From the NCBI RefSeq assembly GCF_009914755.1, contig NC_060940.1: a stretch of 64,000 bases of DNA. One strand, 5' to 3'. Below, in pieces: positions 40,400 through 63,859 of this stretch; the first letter of the stretch is position 1; each line of letters begins with the position of its first letter. The position numbers were made by a program, and so were the translations under genes. This DNA is from the human T2T-CHM13v2.0 reference genome, Homo sapiens. The notes below the pieces were generated by a model. The model saw only the letters and a list, made by a program, of their open reading frames with translations. It was not told the DNA's origin and did no database searches.

Positions 40400-40934
40400 C
40401 TATCTTTCTACTTGGACAGGTGTATCCTCACAGTGATTGGGAGAGCCAGATTTAAATCTGAATTCACAGACACCTAGAATACTGGGCTAGAGTGTGCCTC
40501 TGTGGGGAGGGTGAGTCCCAGCCCAGGAGCAGCGGCCAGTGCCCTGCTCTACCCAGCCCAAGCACCATCCAGCACCACCAGGCTCCTTGTGTGGCACCCC
40601 AACCCATGTGTCCCAGCTCCCTCCACTGTCCCCCAGCACAGCATTCCATTGACCACCCCATGGGCCTTGGAGTACACACCTGGGCTGTGCTGGCTGCCTG
40701 GGGACAGAACTGGGGAAGGCCTGAGGGACAAAGATGCTGGTTCTAGTAGTCACATTTCCTTTTTTTTTTTTTTTTTTTTTTTTTTGAGACAGAGTCTCAC
40801 TCTGTTGCCTAGGCTGGAGTGCAGTGGTGTAATCTTGGCTCACAGCAATCTCCGCCTCCCAGGTTCAAGCGATTCTCGTGCCTCAGCCTCCTGAGTAGCT
40901 GGGACTACAGGTGCACAACACCACACCCAGCTAA

Positions 40935-41084
<150 letters not shown>

Positions 41085-41589
41085 TAGCTCTATGAGGAGG
41101 GGCAGAAGGGCAGGGTAGAGGCCCTTGCTGCCCAGTCTAAGGGAGTTTTCAATGAGAAACAGTCCATAAACAAGACAAATCAGTAAAATACGTGGTCTAG
41201 TAAAAGTGAAGCATGGAGGAAAATGGAGCTGGGATGGGGCCTAGGGAGGAAGGGCCTGGGGGTAGGGCTCAGTTCTAGGAGCCAGGGAAGGCACTGCTGG
41301 GAAGGTGGCATTTGGACAAAGACTGGAGGCTATCAGGGAGCAAGTATGCAGTGTCCTGTCTACATAAAAGGAATGGCAAGGGCTAAGGGTTTAGCAGGTT
41401 TCAGCAGGGTTTAGCAGGGAGGCCAGTGTGGCTGGAGCAGAGGGACGGGTTGAGATGGGTCGAGAGTGTGTGCAGAGATGAGGTTGGACAGGTAAGGAGC
41501 GGGGGGCCAAGGCGCCCAGTCCTGGGTGTCCTCCTTCACGCCTGGGCTGGAGGCTGAGTTCAGGGCAAGGCCCAGTCCCAGGAGCCCTG

Positions 41590-42240
41590 AAAAAGGCCTG
41601 ACTCAGCTCCATCCCGGGGCTGGCAGAACCTGGTTCCTCCTCTGCTGTATCCTCAGTCCCTGAGGATGCGGCAGGGCCTGTCGGGGCCTGTGGGCAGCTG
41701 CAGAGCTGGCAGGCGGGAGCTAGGAGATTCCTCTCTCGGGGAACCGGGGAGCCTGTCTGAGAGCGCCCTGTAGTCTGGTAGGGCGGTGGCTAAGACAGCA
41801 GCCCCTAAAGGCTGCAGATGTGGGAGTGACTCACCACCCTGGCCTCTCAGTGGGCTGAAAGGAGACCCCTAGGAGGCGATGGTGGAAAAGCACTCAGTGT
41901 TTAGCGCTGAGCCTGCAGTGCAGTTGGGGATCGCCAGGTGGTCACTGCCAGCCTTGTCCTCGCTTGGTATTAGGCCCTCTCCAAGTTAGAGGTGGGGTGG
42001 GAAGCCACCCCTGCATTCCCTGTACCCACTGCCCAGCAAGCGGCAGGGGTGTGGCGGGCCGGGGAGGAATCTGAGAGGGGCGGGGCGGGTCAGGAATGCC
42101 TGGGCTCCGTTCCAACTTCTGTCCCCACTGTTGTCCATCCGGTAAACCACGGCCAGCCCACAGCTGACAGGGCAGGGCGCTGAGACCTCTGTGTGTCCTC
42201 CAGGAACCTGACGACCCAGGCACTCCAGGAAGACGATGCC
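41590..42240. promoter_or_regulatory. Candidate enhancer: GC-rich unique island with AP-1, TEAD and Sp/KLF motifs
   Basis: TGACTCA 41599-41605 and 41827-41833; CATTCC 42014-42019; GGAATG 42093-42098; GGGGCGGGGCGGG 42077-42089. Confidence 0.4.
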
Positions 42241-42778
42241 CACTAATTACAAGAATGATAGACTGGGCGCAGTGACTCAAGACTGTAATCTCAGCAGTTT
42301 GGGAGGCCGAGGCGGGCCGGTCACTTGAGGCCAGGAGTTCAAAACCAGCCTGGCCAACAAGGTGAAAACCCATGTCTACTAAAAATACAAAAGATAGTGG
42401 GGCATGGTAGAGGGCGCCTGTAACCCTAGCTACTCCGGAGGCTGAAGCAGGAGAATCCTTGAACCTGGGAGGTGGAGGTTGCAGCAAGTCGAGATCCCAC
42501 CACTGCAGTCCAGCCTGGGTGACGAGCAAAATTCCATCTCAAAAAAAAAAAAAAGATAATTAGTAGGACTTGAACAAATTAAGCAGTTACCATGTGCCAG
42601 GTAAAACGCTGAAGTTTCACTCCAAACCACGTTTCCTCAGAGCCTCTGCACTTGCTGTGCCCTCTGCCTGGCATGCCATTCCCCTAGATTTCTCTCCGCT
42701 CCCTCACGTCCTTCAGGCATCACCCACATGTCAGCCTGTCAGAGATGCCAGCCCTGAAGGGGACTGCATCCTCCTTAG

Positions 42779-43060
<282 letters not shown>

Positions 43061-43452
43061 TAGGCTGATCTCAATCTCCTGACCTCAGGTGATCCACCCA
43101 CCTCGGCCTCCCAAAGTGCTGGGATTACAGGTGTGAGCTACCATGCTGGCAGATTTTTGTATTTTTTAATTAGGTACTGGGTTTCACTATGTTGACCAGA
43201 CTGGTCTCAAACTCCTGAACTCAGGTGATCTGCCCACCTCAGCCTCCCAAAGTGCTGGGAGTACAGGTGTGAGCCACTGCACCCAGCCTATTTGTTGTTT
43301 TTCTGGGACAAGGTCTCACTCCATCTACTAGGCTGAGTGCAGTGGTATAATCACAGTTCACTGCAGCCTTGACCTCCTGGATTCAAGCAATCCTCCCACC
43401 TCAGCCTGCTGAATAGCTGGGACTACAGGTGTGTACCACCACCCCCAGCTGA

Positions 43453-43935
<483 letters not shown>

Positions 43936-44570
43936 TGAGCCACCGCGCCTGGCCTCCTTTTTCTGTCTCCTTCATTTCTAAAGACGGCACCATCATCAGC
44001 CCAGCTGCCCAAACCAGAAACCTAAACACCTTGTCCTCAACTCCTTCCTTTTATTGACTGCCCATGCTGATCATCCATGGAGTCCTCCCAGATATCCTGG
44101 AATTCAACCACTTCTGTCCATTCTCCACCACCACCTTTGTCCCAGCCACCAGCACCCCAACTGGGATGGCCACAATGGCCTCTGCGCTGGTTAATTCCCC
44201 GTTTCCCCCAGATCCACTCTCTTCCCTTCTTCCCGCTGCTCTGCAACCAGGAGGCAGCCCTAGCTGCCCTGTGTTCTGGATTAGGTTGGTTACATTGGGG
44301 GAAGGAACCCACAGGAGATGGGGCGGGAAGGAGGGGAAGTGGCAGTATCCCTCCGCCTGCTCCCTCCCTGCCGGGCTGGGTTTGGCACTGGCTGCGCTCT
44401 GCACCCCCTATGGCCACAGCTCCTGTCATGTGGACCCTCTTCCATGGCTCCAACACTCCCTGGGGTCTGAAAGGCAGTTTCTGCACTTGCCCTGTTAGGA
44501 CTAAGGGCTGCCCTGGCTTCCCATTTGCTAGTCTGAGGATGCCTCGCCATCCCAGCTGGTCACCCTAACC

Positions 44571-44787
44571 GAGTGGTTCTCAACCAGGGGTAGTTATGCC
44601 ATCTCAGGGGATATTTGGCAATGTCTGGAGTCATTTGTGGTTGTTACCACTGGAGTGGGGGTGCTACTGGCATCTAATGAGTAGAGGCCAGAGATGTTGC
44701 TAAACCCCCTACAATGCACAGGACAGCCCCCACAGCACATGATCCTCCCTCTGAAAAGTCAATAGAGCTTAGATTGAAAAACTATGG
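44571..44787 (+). mobile_element. MER20 hAT DNA transposon
   Basis: agtggttctcaacc...ggcaatgtctggag...gctactggcatctaatgagtagaggccagagatgttgctaaac...acaatgcacaggacagcccc. Confidence 0.85.
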
Positions 44788-45054
44788 CTGGGCGCGGTGG
44801 CTCACGCCTGTAATCCCAGCACTTTGGAAGGCCGAGGCAGGCGGATCGCTTGAGACCAGCCTGGCCAACATGGCAAAACCCCGTCTCTACTAAAAATACA
44901 AAAATTAGCCGAGTGTGGTGGCGGGCGCCTGTAATTCCAGCTACTCAGGAGGCCGGGGCAGGAGTAATCGTTTGAACCCAGGAGGCAGAGGTTGCAGTGA
45001 GCCGAGATTGAGTGACTGCACTCCAGCCTGGGCGACAGAGCGAGATTCTGTCTC

Positions 45055-45245
45055 AGAAGAAAAAAGGAGAGAAAGAGAAAAAGGGAGAGAGAGAGAGAAA
45101 GAAGAAAAGAAGAAAGGAAGAAAGGAGAGAGGGAAGGAGAGAAGGGAGGGGAGGGGAGGAGAGGGGAGGGGAGGGGAAGGAGGGGGGAGGGGGGAGGGGA
45201 CGGGAGGAAAGGGGAGGGGAGGGGAGGGGAGGGGAGGAGAGAAGG
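45055..45245 (+). repeat. Polypurine (GA/GGGGA) low-complexity tract between two Alus
   Basis: About 190 nt with a single pyrimidine (C at 45201). Confidence 0.95.
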
Positions 45246-46832
45246 CGAGGTGGCTCATGCCTGTAATCCCAGCACTTTGGGAGGCCAAGGTGGACGGATC
45301 CACTGAGGTCGGGAGTTTGAGACCAGCCTGACCAACATGGAGAAACCCTGTCCCTACTAAAAATACAAAACTAGCCGGGCATGGTGACGCATGCCTGTAA
45401 TCCCAGCTACTCGGGAGGCTGAGGCAGGAGAATCGCTTGAACCCAGGAGGCGGAGGTTGCCGTGAGCTGGGTTGCGGCATTGCACTCCAGCCTGGGCAAC
45501 AAAAGTGAAACTCCAGCAGAGAGAGAGAGAGGGAGAAAGAGAAAAAAAGAAAGAAAAAGAAAGAAAAGGAAAGAAGAAAGAAAGAGAAAGAGCAGGTGTG
45601 AGGAGGGCAGTGCAGAGTTCTGGGCATTTTGAACACTTGGAGGCGGCTGGGGGACCTGTGAGTGAGGAAGTTCAGGTGCAGCAGGGCTACCCAAGGTTAC
45701 ACAGGTGAGGAACTGCACACAGGGCTGGCTGCACGCAGGGCTGGCTGCGCCCATGCCAGGGACGGTATGGTGCCGGTTTCCCACAGCCTCTGTTCTGCTT
45801 CCCACTAGAGAGGGGACGGGGAAGTGGCCAGCAGCTGGAGAGGAAGGGAAAGGGGAAGTGGTGGTCCCGTGGGAACTTACATCCTTTATTTCATCTTCTT
45901 TGCCTCCCCACTGGGGTGGTTTCCCAGGAAGAGAAGTAAAAGCTGAGGGGTGAGGCCTGAGTAGGGGGCACGAGGGCGAGGGCATGGGCACTGACTCACA
46001 GAGAGGAGCAGAGGAACCCTGCTTGTGTCACCTTTCAGTATCGGACAGTGGAGTGGGAGGATAAGAGGAACAAGGCAGCCCTGTCTACTCTGGGTGCAGC
46101 CCAGGGATGGAGGAGCAGCCAGTGCTCCCAGGACAGCCCTAAGATGGGAGTTTTGAGAGTGCACCCTCCACCCTGCATGATCCTAGGAAGCTAGGAGTCC
46201 AGAGATGTTCCTTGTGTTTTGTTTGTTTCTTGGGTTTTTTTGTTTTCTTTTTTTTTTTTTTTTTTTTTGAGACAGACTCTCGCGATGTCACCCAGGCTGA
46301 CGTGCAGTGGCACAATCCCAGCTCACTGCAGCCTCAACCCCCCAGGCTCGAGCAATCCTCCCATTCAGCCTCCCGAGTAGCTGGCACTACAGGTGCATGT
46401 GACTATGCCTGGCTAATTTTTGTACTTTTTATAGAGATGGGGTTTCTCCATGTTATCCAGGCTGGTTTCCAACTCCTGGGCTCAAGCAATCCTCCCACCT
46501 TGACCTCCTAAATCCTGGGATTACAGGCGTGAGCCATCACACCCGGCCCAGAGAGGTTTCAACAAGAGCAGCTGGAGCTGGGAGTAAACAGTGGCCAAGC
46601 AGAATTTCAAAAGAAAATAATAATAAAGCTACGATAATAGCAACAATAATAATAATGGTCATAATAATTATAATAACCTTGTCTTAAAAGCATTCTAAGA
46701 GCGGGTAGTCTATGGGTACATTTTCTCTTATCTGGCTCCAATCAGGTGGCCAGAGTGATCTGATCTTTCTAAGATGAAAATCCAATACCATAACATTGTG
46801 CAGATGGTGAAGATGTTATAATCCCCATTTGA

Positions 46833-47270
<438 letters not shown>

Positions 47271-47937
47271 TGATCTCCCCGCCCTTCTGTCCCTCCTCTC
47301 CCCACTCTCTGTGTCTCTATGGAAATGAAGTCAAGATTGTTTTTGGTTGACTACTCTTTATGACCCTTGAAAAACATTTTAAATGTTGATCTATCTCATA
47401 CATTGTTTCCGTCAAGGAAAAACAATAAAATTAAGTCGCTTCACTTTTATATGTCTCCCCCTGTCTCTTTTGCCCCACTAATAATTCAGTTGACCCTCAA
47501 TAAAGGGGGAAAAAGTTCCCTAATCCTAATCAACAAGCATATCGGGTTGCTCTTCTTCCTGCTGGCTGAGGCGGGAGCAAGTTTATTTTTCCAGGGATTT
47601 TAGACATCCCGACCCTGGAGCTGCCAGGGAATAGTGTCAAGGTGTTGATTTCAAGTGTTTCAGAGTCTGCTTACAAACCCTCCACCCCTCCTCTCGGTGC
47701 CCACCTCCCCTGACCTAGGCCAAACCCCCAGATTTCTTGTTGAGATGATTGCAGGAGCCTCCCAGCTGTGCTCCCTGCTTCCCAAGGACTCCTCCTCCAG
47801 CTATGCCAGAGTGACCTTTCCGGAACGCAGATCCCATCACATCCCTTCTCTGCTTAAACACTTCCGTTCTGTTCCCATGACCTACTGGACAAGGGCCAAG
47901 CAGCATGTCATTGGACGCCCTTCAAATCCCAGCCTAG

Positions 47938-48450
<513 letters not shown>

Positions 48451-49416
48451 TAGATCTTGAGCTCACTGAGCACCTTTGCCTAATTATGTTCAGCCTCTAC
48501 CCTCACCCCAGCACCGAGCACAGGACCTGAGACCCAGGCAGGTGCTGAGAAATCGGAATTGAAATCCAGGACTGAAAACCTTCTGTGAATTCCATCACCA
48601 CATTCCCAGCAAAGGGAGTTAATGGCTGGTCTCTAGTCTCTCAACGACTTTGCCTCTGCCTTAGCCTACAAGCAGCTTAGTTCCTGCCAAAATGTCATTT
48701 TTTTCCCCAGGAAGCCTTCTGGATTTAGTATTCCTCCCCTAGAGTTTTCTTAGCATCTGTATGAATACACCCAGCACACAGAATTGTAATTGTCTCTTTA
48801 CCTGTCCATTTCCCCAACCAGTCTGAGGGACTGTGATCTCGCCCACCGAAGGTCCCTGGTGATAGGTAATAGCTGTAGAGCACTTTCAGCTACCAAATGT
48901 ATTCCGAGCACTTTATGTGTACTACCTCATTTAAGTATCAAGACAAGGCCGGGTTCAGTGGTTTGTCTGTAATCCCAGCGCTTTGGGAAGCGGAGGCAGG
49001 AGGATTGCTTGAAGCCAGGACTAGCCTGGGTCAACATAGCAAGACTTCATCATTACAAAAATTTAAAAATTAGCCAGTCATGGTGGCCCGTGTCTGTAGT
49101 CCCAGCCACTTGGGAGGCTGAGGCAGGATCACTTGATCCCAGGAGTTTGAGGCTGGCAGTGAGCTATGATTGGGCCACTGCACTCTAGCCTGGGCGATAG
49201 AACAAGACCCTGTCTCAAAAAATAAAAAGTATCAGGACAACCTCATAAGAGAGGTACTATTAGCCCCATTTTACGGAGGGGCAAACCAAAGTCAGAGAAG
49301 TTCTAAACTTGCCCAATGCCACACACCCAGGAAGTAGCAGAAAGGGAATTTGAGGCCGGGCGCCATGACTCACGCCTGTAATCCCAACTCTTTGGAAGGC
49401 TGAGGTGAGCAGATCA

Positions 49417-49683
<267 letters not shown>

Positions 49684-50114
49684 TTAATTGCATAACTGAG
49701 TGAGAGGAACTGGGGCGATGTTCAAGTAGCCCGGGCACACCCTGGAGTCCTGCTCATCTTCTCCCAGAGACATAGCCCCACTCCAGCCTGCAGGGAGTTG
49801 CCCAATAGCAAGGCCAAGGTCTGTACTCATAAAGCGTTCTTGGTGCACAGCATTTTAATAAAGACATGTTGTTCTTTGCCCTGAGAAGCCGCCCCACTTC
49901 CTGCCACCCCACAGGGAGGTCCTGGGAATGGTTAACATTGCTTTGCTGATGAATAGCCTCTGGAGTAGCATAAGAAACAAAAGACCTCACAGTACCAGGC
50001 CTGCTGCCAGATCCCTGGACCACCCCTCTCCTTGCTGGTGGGCACAACATATGGTTCAAAAACCTGAAACAAGCACATGACCTTTGACCCAGTAACTCCA
50101 CTTGGAGAAGTTCA

Positions 50115-50530
<416 letters not shown>

Positions 50531-50776
50531 TTAAAGTGCTATTGAGGCAGCCAGGCACAGTGGCTCACTCCTGTAATCCCAGTACTTTGGGAAGCCAAAG
50601 TGGGAAGATTGCTTGAGCCCAGGAGCTCGAGACCAGGCTGGGCAACATATCGAGACCCTCATCTCTACAAAAGATTAAAAATCAGCCATGTGTGGTGGTT
50701 CTTGCCTGTAGTCCCAGATACTCCAGAGGCTGAGGTGGGAAATTTACTTGAGCCCAGGAGTTTGAGGTTACAATGA

Positions 50777-51121
<345 letters not shown>

Positions 51122-51124
51122 TAA

Positions 51125-51310
<186 letters not shown>

Positions 51311-51429
51311 TGATTATCTCTAGAGTGACAGATGATTTGTATTTTTCTTATTTTTGCTTATCTGCATTTAAAATTTTTTTCTATTGCAGATCTTTATTAC
51401 TTGTATAATTTTTCAAAGGAAAATATACA

Positions 51430-54476
<3,047 letters not shown>

Positions 54477-54806
54477 CTAAAAAAAAAAAAGAGAAAGAAA
54501 GAGAGCGTGAGATCTGTGAAATTCTGGGTAGCAAGGGAATTCCCCATGCATACCCTGAATCAGATCTTTGCAGAACCTCTTAAAATCTAAAGTTTGTCAA
54601 GCCCAGCCTGACAGCTGTGTCTGGGACTTGCTGGTGACCTTGGGCAAGTACCTTTGCCTCCCAGAAACATAGTTTCTTAGCCCAGAAAGGGAAGAGAGAG
54701 CTCTAAACATCTCTAACAAGGCACAGACATCTATTGAGCACTGAGTCACTGCCAGGCTACCCATACATGTGTTTTTTCACATCAGAAGGGTAGGGCAAGA
54801 CAATAG

Positions 54807-55144
<338 letters not shown>

Positions 55145-55309
55145 TAGATGTATTAAGCACTTTGCAGGTATTAGTTCATTTCATCCTTATACCACTCCTA
55201 GATGGTAGGAACTAGCACTACCTCTATTTTACTAATTGACAAGAACCTAGGTGCGCAGAGGTTTCATAAATTGTCAAGGTCAACATAGCCCAGTATCCCC
55301 AGTATTTGA

Positions 55310-55834
<525 letters not shown>

Positions 55835-56195
55835 TAACCTCCTGCCTCTCCCTTCTTGGCTAGACTAAGCTCTTCTCCCTTCTGGGCCTTTGCCCAGGTG
55901 GTGACTTCTGCCAGAAACACTGGTTAACTCAGCTTAAATGTCACTTTGCTCCCCATCATATTTCTGAAACTCCGTCTCAAAACAAAATAATAATACATAA
56001 TTGTTAAGATCATCCTTGTTGGCCAGGCGTGGTGGCTCACGCCTGTAATTCTAGCACTTTGGGAGGCTGAGGCGGGCAGATCACTTGACGTCAGGAGTTC
56101 GAGACCAGCCTGGCCAACATGGTGAAACCCTATCTCTACTAAAAATACAAAAGTTAGCTGGGTGTGTGGCGGGTGCCTGTAACTCCAGCTACTCA

Positions 56196-56291
<96 letters not shown>

Positions 56292-57800
56292 CTACCAACA
56301 ACAACAACATCAACAACAACAAAAGGATTATCCTTGCTTATTGCTCTGGGTTGTAAATCCTTGGGTTGTAAATCCCTGGCTCCCTTGTCTGTTTATTCCA
56401 TCAGATCAAAAGCTTCTTCAGGATAGGGAGGGGCCCCTGTCACCAGCCAAGCATTTGTGCATGCTAGGTGCCAGTGAGTGTTTATTGAATGAATGAATGA
56501 ATGAATGAACGAGTGAGTGAGTGAGTTAATGTGGCCTGAAAAGTTGGACAGTTACTCTGGAGAATTATAGATGCCTCGTCCTGTATCTGGACTCTGGAAT
56601 TTTCTAGGCCTCATTGGAACCCTTGTCCTTTGCCCAGGTTTTATTGCTCTGCAGGTCTCCACCCTGGCAGGAAGCTCTTGCCACCGGCTACAGTCTGGAT
56701 CCAGCCTGGCCAGTTCCACCTTTCCCACCTACAACACCTGGCAAGACCAAGACACAGCCTTTCCACAAATACATGAGTCCATGAGCACGTGGGGTGGACA
56801 AGCCATCCAATCAGTCCTCACTGACTCTGGTAAGGGAACAAACTTCTCCCAGTTTACCTGGGATTTTCATGGTTTTAGCACTGAAAGTCTTACACCCCCA
56901 GAGACCCAGGATCCCAGACAAATAGGGGCAGTTGGTAGCACCGGGTTTGTTGGGTCATCTTTGTGGACAGTGGAGGGAGTGGGACCTTCAACACAGATTT
57001 ATTTATTTATTTATTTTTTGAGACGGGTTTCGCTCTTGTTGCTCAGGCTGGAGTGGAATGGAATGGCGTGATCTCAGCTCACTGCAATCTCTGCCTCCCA
57101 GGTTCCAGGGATTCTCCTGCCTCAGCTCCCTGAGTAGCTGGGATTACAGGCACCCACCACCAGGCCCGGCTAATTTTTGTATTTTTAGTAGAGACACGGT
57201 TTCACCACGTTGGCCCAGCTGGCTTTGAAATCCTGACCTCAGGTGATCCGCTGCCTCTATTACTTTTTTTTTTTTTATCTTTTAGAGATAATATTTGACA
57301 TATAAAGAGAATAAATGTATCACATATATAAATTATAAAGTATAATAATATAGCGAATAATTATGAACTCACCACTCAGCCCAATTCTCCTTCTCCAGAG
57401 AAGTATTTGTTAGAAGATGAGGAATTTAATGTCCTTCTCAAGCTTCCTGGCTTCCCTCTCAAGCAATTCCCAATTTTTAATAGTTATATATTATTCATAA
57501 CATTTACATTTTGTTCTATAGCTATAATTAAATCTTCTGTACTTTGTCTGGAGGTTGAGTCTAAATACTGAAAAGCAATAAACAGCATCATGATTCCGTA
57601 AACACCCCTTGCTTGAGAACTCCTGGTCCCCAAAAGGAAAAAATGGGATCCTGTGCAGTGCCAGTTTTCAATCTCAAGAAGCTCAATATCATGGTTCTTA
57701 GAGGCAGAAGAGATCTCAAGCCTCCTTCTAGCTAACTGAGTCATTTTACAGAAGATAAATTGAGAGTTAGAGAAGGAAATAAATTTTGCTTCAAGTCATA

Positions 57801-59007
<1,207 letters not shown>

Positions 59008-59467
59008 CTAAGAAAATGAAGTATTTTAATGACAGCAGGTAAAATCAGAGAGCCCTTTGTCTCCAAACATCTTTGGTGTGGGGCTAGGCTGAACTTGGCA
59101 GGGAGTGGTTTCATTGGCTGCCGAGCCAGCAGAGGGTTGGTTGGGGAAGGGTTTATCTCTCCGTCCCAAGTAGACAGAGTTCTGGCACCTGATTCCCTTG
59201 CTCTGAGAAGAGGGTGGGGCCTTCTTTGCTTGGAAGCGGGGGACAGGAAGCAACAGGTCCCTGGGCCTCCACAGTTATGAACTGCAGCACCTTATCTATT
59301 GTTCTTGAGATGCCAGGTCCAAAGGTATCTGAGCAGTGGGAGGACACCCAGTCAGCCACAGGGCTCCATGACAGCAGCCCCACTTTCCAGGGGGCTTAAC
59401 TCACTCCACTTAAGTTGGAGGGGCCTGCTGCCCATGGACTTGGTTCAGGAAAAATCTTGTCCCCTGA

Positions 59468-59747
<280 letters not shown>

Positions 59748-60650
59748 TAGCCAGGATGGTCTCGATCTCCTGACCTCGTGATCCACCCGCCTTGGCCTCC
59801 CAAAGTGCAGGGATTACAGGCGTGAGCCACCGCGCCCGGCCCTTCACCTAATTCTTGAAATCACTCAACAAAGTAGGTTCCATTATTATTCTCAGTTGTA
59901 CAGATAAGGAAATTAGAAGTCCAAAGAGTCTGTGGCTCTGACTCAAAGGCTTATTACTAGCAGGTAGAAAAGTAGGATTCAGGCCAGCATGGTGGCTCAC
60001 ACCTGTAATCCCAGCACTTTGGGAGGCTGAGGTGGGTGGATTGCTTGAGCCCAGGAGCTGGAGACCAGCCAGGGAAACATGGTGAAATACTGTCTCTACA
60101 AAAAAATACCTAAATTAGCTGGGCATGGTGGGACATGCCTGTAGTCCCAGCTACTCAAGAGGCTGAGGTGGAAGGATCGCTTGAGCCCAGGAGGCAGACG
60201 GAGGTTGCAGTGAGCTGAGATTGCACTACTGCACTCCAGCCTGACCTTGTCTCAAAAAAAAGAAAAGAAAAAGAAAAAAGAAGGGCAGAATTCAGAAGCA
60301 GGCAGTCAGGAACTGAAGTCTATGCTGGGAACCACTGTGCCAGGATGGTCTTAAGCCAGAACACCAGCCTCCCTGCCTCTGCCATGAAACTGGTCGTTCA
60401 TTTCTCTAAGCCTCAGTCACCTCTTCTGGGAAATGGGGATGATTGTGTCTGCTCTATAGGCTGGCCAGAGGACCAAATGCCCCTCCGGTTCCAGCCCTGG
60501 TCACCTGCTCCCCTGACCTGTGGCTGTCATGGGAGCTCTTGCTGGGCTGGACAACAGGGAGCTCAGGCCATCCTCTTGCCTTCCTTCTCTTGGCTGCCCC
60601 GGAGTCTGGAATTTCAGGTCCCCGCAAAAGACTATTTCTTGCTAAATTAA

Positions 60651-61025
<375 letters not shown>

Positions 61026-61110
61026 TGATCTGCCTGCCTTGGCCTCCCAAAGTGCTGGGATTACAGGCATGAGCCACCGCGCCCGCCCCAGCTGTGTCAT
61101 TTTTATTGTG

Positions 61111-61654
61111 TGTGATGGTGACTTTTAGGTGTCAACTTGACTGGATTAAGGGATACCCAGATAGCTCATAAAGCATTATTTCTGTGTATGTCTGGGAGGA
61201 CGTTTCCTGAAGAGACTGCTATTTGAATCAGTGGACTGAGTGAGGAAAAGTCACCCACACCCACGTGGATGGGCACCATTCAGTCTACTGAGGGCCAGGA
61301 TAGAACAAAAAGGCAGGCAGGAAAGGTGAATTCACTCACTTTCTCTCTCTCTCTTCTTCTAGAGCTGGGACACCTGCCTTCTGCCCTTAAACATCAGAAC
61401 TCCAGGGTCTCTCGCCTTTTGACTCTGGGATTTGTACCAGCAGCCCCCCAGTGTTCTCAGGCCTTCAGCCTGGGACTGAAAGTCTTGGATTGGGCAATGC
61501 TACCAGCTTCCTGGTTCTCCAGCTTGTAGATGGCTTATCCTAGGACTTCTCAGCCTCCATAATCCCATGAGTCAATTTCCCTAATAAGTCCCCTCTCATC
61601 TCTCTCTGTATATATCCTATTTGTTCTGTTCTTGGGAGAACCCTGACTAATACA
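61111..61654 (+). mobile_element. ERVL solo LTR (MLT2B-like)
   Basis: tgtgatggt...ggtgtcaacttgactggattaagggatacccagatagc start; ccctgactaataca end; imperfect 5-bp TSD ttgtg/ctgtg. Confidence 0.8.
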
Positions 61655-61790
61655 CTGTGTAACATCAGGCCAATCCCTTTACTTCTCTGTGAGTCTCTGC
61701 TTCCAAATCTGTAAAATGGTCACGCCTGTAGACCTAGCACTTTGGGAGGCCGAGACGAGTGGATCACTTGAGGCCAGGGGTTCACAACTA

Positions 61791-62009
<219 letters not shown>

Positions 62010-62012
62010 TCA

Positions 62013-62551
<539 letters not shown>

Positions 62552-63146
62552 TAGTAGAGAAGGGGTTTCACCGTGTTAGCCAGGATGGTCTCGATCTCCT
62601 GACCTCGTCATCTGCCCGCCTCGGCCTCCCAAAGTGCTGGGATTGACAGGCGTGAGCCACCGCGCCTGGCCTTGTATTTTCAATAGAGATGGGGTTTCAC
62701 CAAGTTGGCCAGGCTGATCTCGAACTCCTGACCTCAAGTGATCTGCCTGCCTCAGCCTCCCAAAGTGATGGGATGACAGGCTTGAGCCACCACGCCCAGC
62801 CCCTTATGAGCTTCTTAAAGGCAGGGACCGTATTTTGTTTATCTCTTTGTTCCTAGTGTTAAACAGAATGCTTGGCACATGGGAGTGGTTAATGAATGTT
62901 TGTTGTTTGAGCTAATGGATGGGAACAGCCATCATCCACAGTGCTAAAACCACAAGGTGAAGGGGCTGATGGAGAATTTGATAATGGAGAGATCTGCTGA
63001 CACCTACAGAAGCTTAGCATCCTGAAAGTGAATCAGCAAGAGAGCTTCTTGCTTCCTGATACAATGCTATGGGAGCGCCCGGCAACACTTATAAAATATT
63101 TTTGCCTAAAATACTGATCTGAATCAAGGCAAGCCTGTATATCTCA

Positions 63147-63615
<469 letters not shown>

Positions 63616-63859
63616 TCAAAATAGAAACAAACAAAGGATACATTCACTATCATAGTTGTGGTTTCACAGTGTATACAAATACCAAAACTCATCAAATTGT
63701 ATACTTTAAACATATGTAGTCAATTATACCTCAAAAAAGATGAACAAAAAGGGATGGGGAAGCTTATAGGTAAAAAGAGTCTTAAGGGGCATAACAGACA
63801 AAAGTAAAATGTGGCTCTTGCTTGGATCTTGATTCAAACACATTTTTTTATTTGTCTGA

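Noticed and set aside
44037-44568. Stack of overlapping 86-163 aa ORFs on both strands
   Set aside because: GC-rich, partly L2-like sequence with few stops; no recognisable protein.
44941-45636. Longest ORF in the track (231 aa, minus strand)
   Set aside because: Made entirely of antisense Alu and polypyrimidine low-complexity sequence; no splice or domain support.
47311-47330. Resemblance to the U4 snRNA 3' end (gtctctatggaaatgaa)
   Set aside because: Similarity is short and does not extend upstream.
56347-56376. 15-bp tandem duplication tgggttgtaaatcc(t/c) and nearby (tgaa)n run
   Set aside because: Ordinary slippage product and L2 tail microsatellite.
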